64,000 nucleotides of DNA. Source: Octopus sinensis (lineage: Eukaryota). Under the pieces are notes generated by a model that worked only from the letters and a program-made list of their open reading frames with translations, was not told where the DNA came from and searched no databases. The stretch spans positions 1 through 64,000 of the forward strand of contig NW_021831839.1 in the NCBI RefSeq assembly GCF_006345805.1. The letters are read 5' to 3'. Shown piece by piece: positions 50,603 through 63,261 of this stretch (its first letter is position 1; each line of letters opens with the position of its first letter). Position numbers and translations under genes: made by a program.

Positions 50603-50700
50603 TAATAATAATAATAATAACGATATTGTTATTATTATTATTATTATTATCATTATTATCATTATTATTATTATTATTATCATTATTATTATTATATATA
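50603..50700. repeat. (AAT)/(ATT/ATC)n microsatellite
   Basis: Direct reading. Confidence 0.95.
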
Positions 50701-51468
50701 TAATCAAAATAAGCAACAAAGATATCCAGAGATAATGCAGTATGATCATTTCATGCAACTCCATTTAATTGAACAATGCAATCATTACGTCAATTTTATA
50801 TGTAGAGCAATCTTTAGCTATACAAAGACAGAATTTAATTAAATTAGAACAGATGGACACATTAGTATAATTTTACCTAAAATCTCCAAGAAGTTAAGGA
50901 GATAGACAAAGAACATCTTGTACCTACAACAGCATAGTCGTAACTAAATTTTTTTCAAGAAGACACTGCCTGTCATTGATTTTTTGTTTTGTTGTTTTTC
51001 ATGGGTCAGTTTTAATTAATAGACTGGTTTATCTTATCCCTTGTATATTTAAGGCTGAGAGAAACAGAGGGTAGTATCTGTTTGGGGTAGGGTTGATGGA
51101 GTAAACAGACATTCTAGATGGTATAGACATAAAAATCAAGATTTATTAGAAGCAGTGTCATGAGATTTTGTAAGAAAAAACTTGAAACAAGATGTTAGCT
51201 GATAATTAAGGGGTCACCCACTAGCAGACCATTGATAATGAAACAGGGGAAGTCTTATAATGTAGTACTATAGTTGAATACTATAAAACAATGTTGCTAT
51301 ATTGTATACAGATAAAGTTATTCAAAAGATTATTAAGAAGAATATTGTAACAAAAGATAGAAATTTATGAATACTTTTGAGTATATATCAAACTTTTACC
51401 ACAATAGAGAGGGGAAAAGAAACTATATTAGAAATAGTTTAATATTTATACATATTGCATACTTAATA

Positions 51469-51992
51469 TAGATGTCTCCCCTATGTACATCATGTTCATG
51501 TCTTTACAAGCACCTTCTATGCATCTTCTGCTGTAAACTACATTTTGAGGTCTACAGTTAATGCCAGGGTTTGAAAAGTCAGGGAACTCCGTCAGATCAC
51601 AACTATGTAGGATATACCCCTTTGAGAATACCATATGCACCAATGATAACTGCATGGTATGTAGGATTAGCTCTGGCATTAACTGTAGACCTCGAAATGT
51701 AGTTTACATCATAAGATGCACAGAAGGTGCTTGTAAAGACATGAACATGATGTACATAGGTGAGACATCTAGTAGCATTGCAGAACGACTAAATGAACAT
51801 CTGAGACAATGTGATCACAAAAAACAGTCCTCCATACTCTACCAACATGCCAAAGACCACCATGGAGGCAACTTGGGTCAACTTGACATCCGCATCTTAT
51901 CTAAGCACCCAAAAGACCCAACACTCAGACAAATACGGGAGTACATCCTTATAAAGGAAACCTCCCCAATACTAAATAGGAAATATACATAG
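51469..51992 (+). mobile_element. Penelope-like GIY-YIG endonuclease fragment with an inverted 5' duplication
   Basis: CTNDNCMVC...NVVYIIRC...MYIGET...ERLNEH...RQIRE...ILN. 51469-51567 is the reverse complement of 51673-51771. Confidence 0.9.
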
Positions 51993-52259
51993 TAGATATC
52001 GTACCTCCATACCACAGTTTACACTGGAGATAATCAAACATGTTGGGAATGACTAATTTAACATGATTTGGTTTAGAAGGAATAGAATGTTACAAGTGGT
52101 TAGGTTTTGCTTTATATTTTTTTCAATGAGGTGAGTTTCCTTATTTAAATTGTTAGAAATGGTTAAGTTTTGGCTTATATTTTTCAATGAAGAAGGTTTC
52201 CTTATTTAATCTAACTTGTGTTGGTGTTCCAATGGTACATTGATAGAATGGAAAGATTA

Positions 52260-54000
52260 TAAATTGTGGAAGTAGTTGCTTTGCACATTACTCAATATGT
52301 TCACTAAAGGGTATCATTCTGTATTCTGGGAATGCAATCTGTTGTCGATGCAGAGTGCATCTGCATCTGAGCGATAATCCTGTGGACCCTATGTAGTTTT
52401 GGTGGCAGCCCAAGAATCTTATGGCATAAATCAGGTTTTCTGAAGCACAAGTAAAATTTGATTTGATTTTGAATTTTTGTCCCTCCTTGAAGAGGAATTC
52501 TGATCCTTCTAGAAGGTTTGGGCATGTTGTGCAATGTGGTCTACCACATTTCTTCACTTTTGCATCCGTTATTTTAGAAAATAATTTTGCCTTTGTGAGG
52601 ATCTTTTTTAGTGATTTCGGTTGTTTGTAGCTTTTAATGAGTTTATGTATATGTAAAATTTTCTTTAATTTGGGATCCTTATGTAGCATTGGTAAATTTT
52701 GGGTGATGATGGTGAAGGCTTCTTTGTTTCTGGGGTTGTATGTGGATATGTACGGCAGTTTTTTCGGTGAAGGTGTGTTGCTGTGTTGAACTTTTCTTAA
52801 GGTTTCTCTGTCAATTGTGTTGCACGTCTGATTCCATCCTCTATGAGTTGAACTGGGTAGTGTCTGTCAATTAGGGTGTTTTTGAGTTCTTGCTATTTAA
52901 AGTTTCTGGTATTTTGTTCTGACACTATTGTGCATATCCTTCTTGCAAGGTTGAATGGGATGTTTGTTTTGGTGTGTCTTGGGTGGCATGAATCAAAAAG
53001 TAGATATTGTTTGGCATCTGTGGTTTTGTAAAATATGTCCATTTCTGTTTTTAGGTTTATTTTTTTAATTAGTATATCTAAGAATGGAAGCTCCTTTTGG
53101 TTGTACTTCATTGTGAACTGTATGTTTGGGTTGATGCTGTTCAATAGGCTTTTGAAATTTAGGAGTTTATCTTTGTTTTCATTCCAGATTATGAAACAGT
53201 CGTCTAGGAAACTTTTTCAATTTTCTTTTATGTATTCGGAAAGGGGGTTTCCAAAGGTAGATAAAGATTCCTGGCATCTTATTACCTCCAGGTAGCTCAT
53301 TGTTAGGTTTGCAATGACTGGTGCTGCCCTAGTACCCATAACAAATCTGGATTTTGAATGGTAAAATGCATTGACAATCATGACGTGGTTATTTTGTAGG
53401 ATGAATTCAACCGATTTAGTTATGAATTTTTTACTGATCCTTTTTGGTATTTCTTCCGGAAATTGGTCCAGCCAGAACTGAATAGCCTCTATCCCATAAT
53501 TATGAGGTATACTGGTATATAAATTAACTACATCAAATGAAACCATAATTGTTTCTTCTTCTTGACTTTTTTTGGAAGGTGATTTAACATATCCAAGTCA
53601 CTTCTGGTATGGCTATTGATGTGTTTAAGGAGAATGACCATAAATAGACTTAGTCTGTGTGTTTCACAGGCTGGGCCAGCTACAATTTGTCGTAGTTTTA
53701 GGTCCCCTGGGTTTGGTGTATGTATGTACGTCTTTGGTGATTTTTAATGGTTTCATTTAGAAATTTGAAAAGAAAATATGAAACCGGTTATTTCTCCAAA
53801 AATTATGTTACTATACGCAAAATTTTATACATTTTTCTAACATAATGATTTAAATATATTCTTTAACCATATCACACCAGCCTTCTGTAGTTTTTTCACT
53901 CTTTTTTGTCTTTTATACATCCACCATGTGCTTTCACATACCATCTCTCTCACCTATATATAATACACGTGAGACTGGTTTATTCAGTTAGAAAACAAAA
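52260..54000 (-). mobile_element. Neptune-like Penelope element (RT, Cys finger, GIY-YIG) with a probable inverted terminal repeat at 53760-54000
   Basis: SFDVVNLYTSIP, MGTRAAP, LPFLDILI, SCHPRHTK, CGRPHCTTC, LIYAI...YIGST. 53850-53960 also matches an isolated fragment at 32651-32745. Confidence 0.88.
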
Positions 54001-54459
54001 ACCTAATGATGATGTAATTAGCAACTAGCACATTTTGTTTCTTAATTTCTGTTTGTTTTAATATTAAATTCTTTATTTCACTGTTATTTTCAGCCACAAC
54101 TCAATTATTTTTGTTTATGAATTCTCTGTATGTACTTTTGCTTTCTTGGTGATCAAAGCAAATCAAAGCAATCGATAACTTCATGCTGCAGCCGTTTTTC
54201 TTCCTATGTGATTTAAAGCATTTTTTGATATGTGGCTTTTCAAAATTAGAAATGAGTTCCAAACTGCTATTCAAGTTCACTGAAACTTATCTCCTGCCAC
54301 TCAAAACAACAACTCAAATGGGATAAAGAGTACACGCATTACAACAACAACAGCAAGTGTATATTTGTGTGTGTGTGCACGTGTCTGTGTGTGTGTGAGT
54401 GTAGACTTACAATATATCCTATTGTTAAGAAAATTTTACACAATCATTCAATAAAACTA

Positions 54460-56035
54460 AAATGGATAAAGAGTACACACTTTATCTGCCTAAACAGTGC
54501 AACGGGACCTGCTTCATAGGCAAGTCCCTGACGCCCCACTTTATTGAGGCCACCATTGTTACGGGGAACGGGAGTGGGGAAATGTTTTCATTTCAAGATT
54601 GCACCATTATCCTACGGGGTCAGACATACCGTTTAACATCTGCAGATTGCTATGTTTATCAACAAATCCCAAAGCTGAACACTATCAGTGGCGTCATCCA
54701 TTTAGGGGAGCCATGCTTTTCACATGGGCACTTTATGTGGCCTGCTCCCGTGTGGGGAGTAGAAACACTGCAGCTGATATGGTTATGAACAGGTGATACG
54801 GAAGCATTGGCCAGACATATTCTCAAACCATGGCAGCATGACTCATGGACTCTTCCTCTTCTTTATTGGACAATGCTGACTTCTGCAACAACAATGCTCA
54901 CTCGGCTGATATCAGTACTTGGTCAAGTTGCTCATAGAGTTAGGCTAGAAGGGCCAGGCCCCTTATTTTTTTGTTAAGGCTGTTGGTGAGTTTTCCTAAG
55001 TTACTCCACTCCGGATCCCCAATGCAAACCTTCGAATCAACCTTCTCCAATGCAGATCTCTAATGCAACCTTATCCAATCCAAATCTGTGAGTCAACCTT
55101 TTTCACTGCAGATCTCCAATGCAAACCTTCGATGCAACCTTCTCCAATGCAGATCTTCAATGCAGCCTTCTCTAATGTATATTTCAATACAGCCTTGACT
55201 GATAGTACCCCTAGGAGGAGTTAGGACTAGATTGGAATTAGTCGCTGCCTTTTAGAGGCTCCCAGTCCCCCTTTTACTAGATTAGCTTAGGCTTAGGTTA
55301 AGGCTTACTTGTGATCCAAACATAACCTCTTCTGACACAGAGGATTGGGAGCCCTTTTGGGCATTCTATTTTCCTTGCCGGATGGGCTCCCATCCCATGG
55401 CCTAGAGGGTGGCAGGTTAGATGATGGGGTTAGGGTTCGAAAGGGCAGGCATGAGCAACATGATCACCTCTGCCAGTCAAACTCCGAACCAGTGTGTTCC
55501 CATCGTGACAATGATTCTGCAGAACTGGATTGGGTATGAAAACCAACTTTAAAGTATAAATATAGATTTTTTGAGTCAGCAATGTTGTGTTCAGTTAAGT
55601 CCTATTTGGGAAGAAAAACCAATAAACTGATTCCTTATGGGGTTTTCCATTCAATCAGGATGAAAAATCAATAAACCAATTCCTTATAGAATTTCCCACT
55701 AAAATTGGCTACACCCTATGTTCAACCATAACTTTTACCAGTTTTGTTCGGACTTGATGCCGACATTACTTAGGATTAATGGGATCTTTGAATGCTTTAA
55801 CTCCCCCCCACCAAAAAAAATTAAAACAATCAACGAGTGAAAAAATTGATAAAATGATTCTTTATGGATTTCCCAATCAAATTGTCTGCAATCTATTTTC
55901 GGCCAAACGTTTACCAATTTCAACAGATTTCACTCAAATTTGACGTCTGTGTTACTTAGTTTGGTTTGAAACAAAGCACTTGATTAGCTTAATAATCCTA
56001 ACTTAATCCTGGACAGCGCTTGGGTATACTGCTAG
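54460..56035 (+). mobile_element. Helitron with a RepHel helicase C-terminal remnant (54490-54790) and an internal minisatellite (55020-55190)
   Basis: CNGT...KSLTPHFIEATIVTGNGSGE, IHLGEPCFSHG, LYVACSRVG (Pif1-like motifs V and VI). 3' hairpin and CTAG|T at 56032-56036. 5' end not identified. Confidence 0.8.
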
Positions 56036-56139
56036 TATATATATATATATACTTCAATAGATATATATACTTCAATACATATATATTTGTATACACACAC
56101 ACACACACATACACATATATATATGGGTAGTGGGTAGTG

Positions 56140-59100
56140 ATTTTCTTCCCTACTTCAGGGAGTGATGACCCAGCCTGACACAAGTCCCAGGCGCAGCTGG
56201 CACCGGCTGACAGTAATTGGTATGGACCCCTATCCAGGGTTACAGAAAGGAGACAACCTACAAAGAAATCCGGAGTGGAGCACCGAAGGTGGTTTAGTGT
56301 TCGACTTGACACTCTTCCGACAGCTCCTGCAACCAAGCTGGTGTCAAACGTAATGCTCTGCACTCCTTGGGCTATGTTAGCAAGGTCGAGAGAGGAATCC
56401 TGATGATTGGGCTACCCAGGATTTTCTTATTTCTAGCCCAGGCCTACGCAAAATTGGAGAGGACACTTCGGTACTGCTGTAAAAAGTGGCAGAAAAAAAA
56501 CACGGGAGGTAGCAGTCACGAGTGATAAGTTCATTCAGATTGGTGTAAGATATGGGCGCTACGGGTTACCTCTGACGGTGGGAGGGAGTCCCGTGTTCCA
56601 TTGGTTAGCTACTGCCCACCTCAAGCTGGGTAGTCCCCCAGTTAATAAGGTGCTGACCCACCACAGGCTGCCTGCTTCATTGGGTGCTTGGAGCTAAGAG
56701 TTTGACTTGAAAAATGGCCTGCAACCTCTGCACCAGGCAAACAACTAAAAGACGAGAAACCACCAGTCCTGCAGTTAGCAAGCTGGAATGTCAGGACTAT
56801 GTGCCCTGGCATATCTAATGACCTACTCAGGGTTGAAAACACATGAAAGGTGGCCATCATTGACCGTGAGCTAAAGAGACTTAACATATACATTGCTGAA
56901 CTGCAGGACACAAAGAACAGGGTTTCCCTTTCTTTTGGCAGGGAAGTGATCCAGAAGAACCTCGTCAGCATGCTGTTGGCTTTGCAATGAGAAACTCATT
57001 ACTCTCCTCAATTGAACCACCATCAGGAGGCACTGAGCGTATCCCCTCACTGCGCTTCTCGACCTCTTCTGGCTCAGTACATTTACTGAGCATCTATGCT
57101 CCCACTCTCTACAGCTCAGAGGAGACCAAGAACCAGTTCTACAAAGATCTCAACTGTGTCATTAGAAATATACCAACCAATGAAAACATCTACCTTCTAG
57201 GAGATTTTAGTGCTTGCATGGGATCTGACCACGATTCGTGACCCATTTGTGTTGGACACTTTGGTATTGGCAACGTGAATGACAATGGTCAGAGACTACT
57301 TGAATTTTGCACATACCATAACCTGTGCATCACCAACACATTCTTTGCCAACAAGACATCCCACAAGGCATCTTGGAGACATCCAAGATTTCACCACTGG
57401 CATCAGTTGGATCTCATCATTACACGGAGATCCTTTCTGAATTCTGTTCAACTGACCCGTAGTTACCACAGCGCAGATTGTGACATGAATCATTCACTAA
57501 TAAGAAGCAGGGTGAGGATTCTGCCTAAAAATGTCCATCACTCCAAGAAAATGGGCTGACCATGCATTAAAACTGCCAGAACCTCAGACCCTACACTGTA
57601 AAAATGTTTTGCTGTTTCTATCAAGGTTGCCCTCAGTAGCCACCCAACCTCCTCTGCTGAAAGTAGGTGGAATTATATCAGGGAAGCTTTGTATACCACA
57701 TCAATAGATACTTTCAGCATGAGAGAAAGGCAAAACCCAGATTGGTTCAGTGCTGGGCTCTCAGAGCTGGAACCAGTTATCAAAGCAAAGTGCACAGCTC
57801 TGATGCAATACAAGAGTGATTCTTCTACAAAGACACTCAAAGAACTCAGAAAGGCAAGAAATAAAACCCAACTGACTGCCAGATGCTGTGCAAATAGGTA
57901 TTGGCAGGAAATGTGTCAGAGTATCCAGTCAGCTGCTGACAGTAGTGACACCCGTGGGATGTATGCTGATTTGAAGAAGGCCCTCAGTCCATCCGCAACC
58001 AAGCCAGCCCCTCTGAAATCAACTACTGGAGATCTCAAAAGGAACCAAAGCAAGCAAATGGATAGATGGGTGGAGTACTACCAGGATCTCTACCTAAGGG
58101 AGACCACAGTAGCTGAGGCTGCAATCGAGGATGTCAAGATCTTCCCAGTCATGTGTGAACTTGACAGTCTGTCATCTATTGCAGAGCTCACCAAGGCTAT
58201 TGACTCCCTAGCCAGTAACAAGGCTCTGGGAAAAGATGGCATCCACTCATAGTTATTCAAAGCTGACAAAAACACTGTCCTGCTTCGGCACCTTCATGAG
58301 CTTCTGTATCAGTGCTGGGAAGAGGGTACAGTCGCTCAGGATATGTGGGATGCTAACATCATTATGCTTTACAAAAACAAAGGTGACCGTGGTGATTGTA
58401 AAAATTACCATGCAATATCTCTTCTAAGCACTGTTGGAAAGACCTTTACTAACGTTATCCTATTCAGGCTACAACTGCTTACTTCTCAAATTTATCCAGA
58501 ATCACAGTGTGGCTTTAGAAGAAGCAGATCAACTATTGACATGATATTCTCCATACGCCAACTTCAGGAGAAGTCCAGACAGCAGAAAATGCCATTATAT
58601 ATGGCCTTCATTGATCTGACAAAGGCCTTTGGCTTGGTGAGTAGAAAAAGCCTCTTCATTGTGCTCCAAAAAATCGGATGTCCACTAAAGCTGCTGAGAA
58701 TCATAAAATCTTTCCATGATGATATGCAAGACACCATACAGCACAATGATTCAACATCAGCCGCCTTCCAAATAAAAAAAAAACGGGGTAAAGCATGGTT
58801 GTGTCCTTGCTCCTACATTATTTGTCATCTTCTTCTTGCTGCTGCTGTCACATGCCTTTGAGACATCAGATGATGGAATCTTTCTGTACAGTAGAAGTGA
58901 TGGGAAACTGTTCACTCTCTCGCGTCTGTGTGCCAAGACCAAAATCAGAAGTGTCCTGATCAAGGAAATACTATTTGCTGATGATGCCGCTCTGGTATCA
59001 CACACAGAAGAAGCCTTGCAAAGGCTTATCAACTGTTTTGAGCAAGCATGTAGTGACATTGGCTTAGTTATCAGCCTCAAGAAGACCAACATCATGGGTC

Positions 59101-60488
59101 AGGCTACATCGGACATCCCAAACATATATATTGGAGACCACAGACTACAGGAGGTGGAGAATTTTACCTATCTTGGCTCTACCATCACCTACAACCTATC
59201 CCTTGATGCTGAGCTCAATATACACATTGGCAAGGCAGCTGCTTGATGGCTCAACTCTCCAAATGGGCATGGGACAACAATAAGCTGACCAAGACCACAA
59301 AAATAAAGATTTACCAGGCATGTGTACTTAGCACTCTACTGTATGGAAGTGAGACTTGGACGCCATACACACGCCCAGAGCATCGCCTAAATATCTTTCA
59401 CCTGCGCTGCCTCCGGAAAATCCTTGGCATCAAATGGCAGAATCATGTCCCCAACAAAGATGTCCTCAAGCAAGCAGGAATACCAAGCATGTTTACACTT
59501 GTAAGGGGAACTGGTTGCTTCTTTACACTTTTGGGGTGCAACTTGGGTGCAACACAATTTCCTTTCTTTTTGTTTCTAGAAACTACCAGTCAGGAACGAA
59601 AAGCAAGTTGAAAAATATATATAATTCTTTATTTTCTGGTTTCAACAATGAAACACGATGGTATGCTGGTATCCACCTAGTTCAACACAGCAAGGCTGAA
59701 TTCAAACGTTTGTAAGCTTTACAACAATTCAGCAGCAGAAGAACAGGTTAAATCCTAAGCGTCTGGGACAGGAGAATAGGTTGATTACACATATGAAAAT
59801 ACGTCCTTTCTCTTCGATCGCCGTGCCTCAAGTCCCCGAACGCTATTAAGGAACGCTATGGAATTTATTCTTCAGTCTCTTGCGCATGTGCATGATGGAA
59901 CTTCCTTATGCCTTTCCAGAAGGTTCTAGAATGTTCCAACCCCGCACACGCACACTGAAGAATGACGTTGCGTGTGCGCACACTGGAACATGATGTCACT
60001 ACACACTCCTCACATAAAGATGCACGAGATGGCTTGGACATGCTAGCCATATAGAAGATGGCAGAATCCCCAAGGACATACTTTACAGAGAGCTTGCTAG
60101 GGTCACTAGGTCTGTGGGAAGACCATTCTTATGATACAAGGATGTTTGCAAAAGGGACATGAAGACCTGCCACATCAATATTAGCAACTGGGAAGCAGTT
60201 GCCAGTAACCGTGGAGATTGGTGGCATACCGTTAAAGAGGGAACACAAAGGAGTGACAGAGGGAGAGAGTAGAAATGGAAAGACAAGAAAAGACATCAAC
60301 AAGAAACTATGACATTACAACCAGCCAGGCAAAGTCTTTGCTACCTTTGCGGCACCTGCCAGAGGGAGTGTTTGTCCAGGATAGGATTACACAGCCACAG
60401 CAGGAGATGTATTAGGACATGAAATATAAAAGCTGGACTAGATTATTTTATGCGCAACTCCATTGTCTCCCGAGACAAAAAGGATGCC

Positions 60489-60510
<22 letters not shown>
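56140..60510 (+). mobile_element. RTE (BovB-like) LINE copy B, near full length, interrupted by an LTR
   Basis: 5' UTR, APE (ASWNVRT, IYAPTL, LLGDF, HWHQLDLI, CDMNH), RT (FIDLTKAF, LFADDAAL), C-terminal finger, tail GATGCC(AAC)n then (TA)n. Confidence 0.95.
59500..60003 (-). mobile_element. Solo LTR (Gypsy-type) nested in RTE copy B
   Basis: 504 bp, TGT...ACA ends, 4-bp TSD CACT (59496-59499 and 60004-60007). The uninterrupted site is seen in RTE copy A at about 37170. Strand inferred from AATAAA position. Confidence 0.9.
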
Positions 60511-60539
<29 letters not shown>

Positions 60540-60595
60540 TTCAAGACATATATATTTGTATATATATACATATATATATTATACTTGAGTAGATA

Positions 60596-60654
<59 letters not shown>

Positions 60655-60659
<5 letters not shown>

Positions 60660-62777
60660 GATCAAGTAATGAAGGTTACGGAGAGGGTCATAGCCCAACT
60701 AATTAGAGAGAGAGTTAGTTTAGATGAGATGCAGTTTGGGTTCGTGCCAGGGAAAAGTACCACTGATGCTATATTCCTGGTAAGGCAGCTGCAGGAGAAA
60801 TACCTAGCCAAAGATAAGCCCCTGTACCTGGCTTTTGTTGACATGGAGAAAGCTTTTGATAGGGTCCCCCGATCCCTTATCTGGTGGTCAATGAGGAAAC
60901 TAGGGATAGATGAATGGCTGGTGAGGACTGTGCAAGCCATGTACAGAGATGCCGTAAGTAAAGTTAGGGTTGGCAACATGTACACAGAAGAATTCAAAGT
61001 AGAGGTTGGGGTCCACCAGGGTTCAGTACTCAGCCCCCTCCTATTTATCATAGTTCTCCAGGCAATTACGGAGGAATTCAAGACAGGTTGTCCCTGGGAG
61101 CTCCTCTACGCTGATGACCTTGCCCTTATTGCTGAGTCACTATCAGAGCTGGGGGAGAAGTTCCAGGTGTGGAAGGAAGGTTTAGAATCGAGGGGCCTTA
61201 GAGTCAACCTAGCTAAAACCAAAGTACTAATAAGTAGGAAGGTAGACAATCCACAAATGTCTTCAGGAGATGGCCCTGCTCGATCTGTAGAAAAGGTGTA
61301 GGTAGAAACTCTATAAGATGTACCCAGTGTAAGCTATGGACACATAAGAGGTGCAGCAATGTCAAAGGTAGGCTAACCGGGAAGATAGTTTTTGTATGTG
61401 GCAGATGCTCAGGAGCGTTAACCTCCGAAAATCTGCAGAAAATAACTTCCGTCATTTTCCAGGGGAAAAACTAGAAGTAGTTGATAGCTTCCGTTATCTA
61501 GGTGACCAAGTCAGTAGTGGGGGTGGGTGTGCTGAAAGTGTAACTGCTAGAATAAGAATAGCCTGGGCAAAGTTTAGGGAGCTCTTACCTCTGCTGGTGA
61601 CTAAAGGCCTCTCGCTCAGAGTAAAAGGCAGACTGTATGATGCGTGTGTACGAACAGCCATGCTACATGGCAGTGAAACATGGGCCGTGACTGCCGAGGA
61701 CATGCGTAAGCTCATGAGGAATGAAGCCAGTATGCTCCGATGGATGTGTAATGTCAGTGTACATACTAGACAGAGCGTTAGCACATTGAGAGAAATGTTG
61801 AACCTAAGAGGCATCAGTTGTGGTGTGCAAGAGAGACGATTGCGCTGGTATGGTCATGTGGCGAGAATGGATGAAGATAGGTGTGTGAGAAAGTGCCAAT
61901 CCTTAGCAGTTGAGGGAACCCGTGGAAGAGGTAGACCCAGGAAAACCTGGGATGAGGTGGTGAAGCACGACCTTCGAACTTTAGGCCTCACTGAGGAAAT
62001 GACCAGCGACCGAGACCTTTGGAAATATTCTGTACGTGAGAAGACCAGGCAGGACAAGTGAGCCCAGCCCACTTATGAATGCCTTTCCTCCCTTGGACAC
62101 AAGACCTGTTGAGGCAAGCGAAGTCGATATAGAACCTCATCCGACGACAGGCACCCATGCCAACCCCCTTGCTTGCGAAGACATGTTGGGGCAAGCGAAA
62201 TCGAAATCGAATTGAACCAGCCAGGATCCCTGGTCTGGTGGTACGTAAAAAGCACTATCCGACTCGTGGCCTATGCCAGCGCCGCCTCCACTGGCTTCCG
62301 GGCCGGTGGCACGTAAAATACACCAATCTGACCGTAGACAGGCACCTATGCCAACCCCCTTGCTTGCGAAGACATGTTGGGGCAAGCGAAATCGAAATCG
62401 AATTGAACCAGCCAGGATCCCTGGTCTGGTGGTACGTAAAAAGCACTATCCGACTCGTGGCGTAAAAAGCACTATCCGACTCGTGGCCGATGCCAGCTCC
62501 GCCTCGTCTGGCTTCCGTGCCGGTGGCACATAAAATACACCAATCCGACCGTGGGCGTTGCCAGCCTCGCCTGGCACCTGTGCAGGTGGCACGTAAAAAG
62601 CACCCACTACACTCACGGAGTGGTTGGCGTTAGGAAGGGCACCCAGCTGTAGAAACACTGCCAGATAAGACTGGAGCCTGGTGCAGCCTTCTGGCTTCCC
62701 AGATCCCCGGTCGAACCGTCCAACCCATGCTAGCATGGACAACGGACGTTAAACGATGATGATGATGATGATGATGA
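60655..62777 (+). mobile_element. RTE-X LINE, 5'-truncated, with a PHD finger in ORF2 and a repeat-expanded 3' UTR
   Basis: FVDMEKAFDRVP, GVHQGSVLSP, LLYADDLAL, FRYLGD, GSETW, RLRWYGHV, GRGRPRKTW. Two -1 frameshifts. (GAT)n tail. Confidence 0.95.
62148..62487 (+). repeat. 191-bp tandem duplication plus a 27-bp re-duplication in the RTE-X 3' UTR
   Basis: CAGGCACC.ATGCCAACCCCC at 62148 and 62339. CGTAAAAAGCACTATCCGACTCGTGGC is repeated back to back at about 62434 and 62461. Confidence 0.93.
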
Positions 62778-62835
62778 TATATATATATATAATATATATA
62801 TATATATATGTATATATATGCATATATATATGTAT

Positions 62836-63228
62836 TGTGCCAAATTTTGGCATTGAAAGCTACACCAATGCCAGAACGGGATGACACTGCATAGTGCCAA
62901 AGATCCCAGCAATGCCATCACACTTCAGGACCAGTTACTGCAACAGCCTGTTTCAAGGGCCCACAGCTTTTTAATAATCTCCTAAAGAGTCTGAGGAACT
63001 TGCACAAAGCAGATGTAGGTGTTTTTAAATCAAAGCAGGACCTCTTCCTAGTGAGAGTTCCAGAAAAACCTACCTTATGGCAATAGGTGCAAATGAGGGT
63101 AGCTATATCAAACTCCATTCTTCACCAAGTGCCACATATTAGACGAAGTTCTTCGCAATAACAGTGTAGCACAAAACGGCGGTGCATCAGCATGGCTGCA
63201 GCTCTGAGCTGAAACTAAAGAGAAAAAA
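62836..63228 (+). mobile_element. CR1/L2-group LINE 3' end, same family as 40150-40643
   Basis: VPNFGIESYTNARTG...FKGPQLFNNL...RVPEKP and tail CAGCATGGCTGCAGCTCTGAGCTGAAACTA. Confidence 0.85.
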
Positions 63229-63261
63229 ATATATATATATACATATATATATATATATGTA

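Noticed and set aside
56395-56423. CTGATGA in the RTE 5' UTR as a hammerhead, or an HDV-like ribozyme nearby
   Set aside because: No GAAA follows the stem and the segment is a simple AATCCTG/CAGGATT hairpin. I could not build the nested double pseudoknot at 56160-56260.
62073-62742. Several overlapping ORFs, and a possible CRISPR-like repeat array
   Set aside because: These are tandem duplications in a LINE 3' UTR. There are no unique spacers and no cas genes, and the context is eukaryotic.
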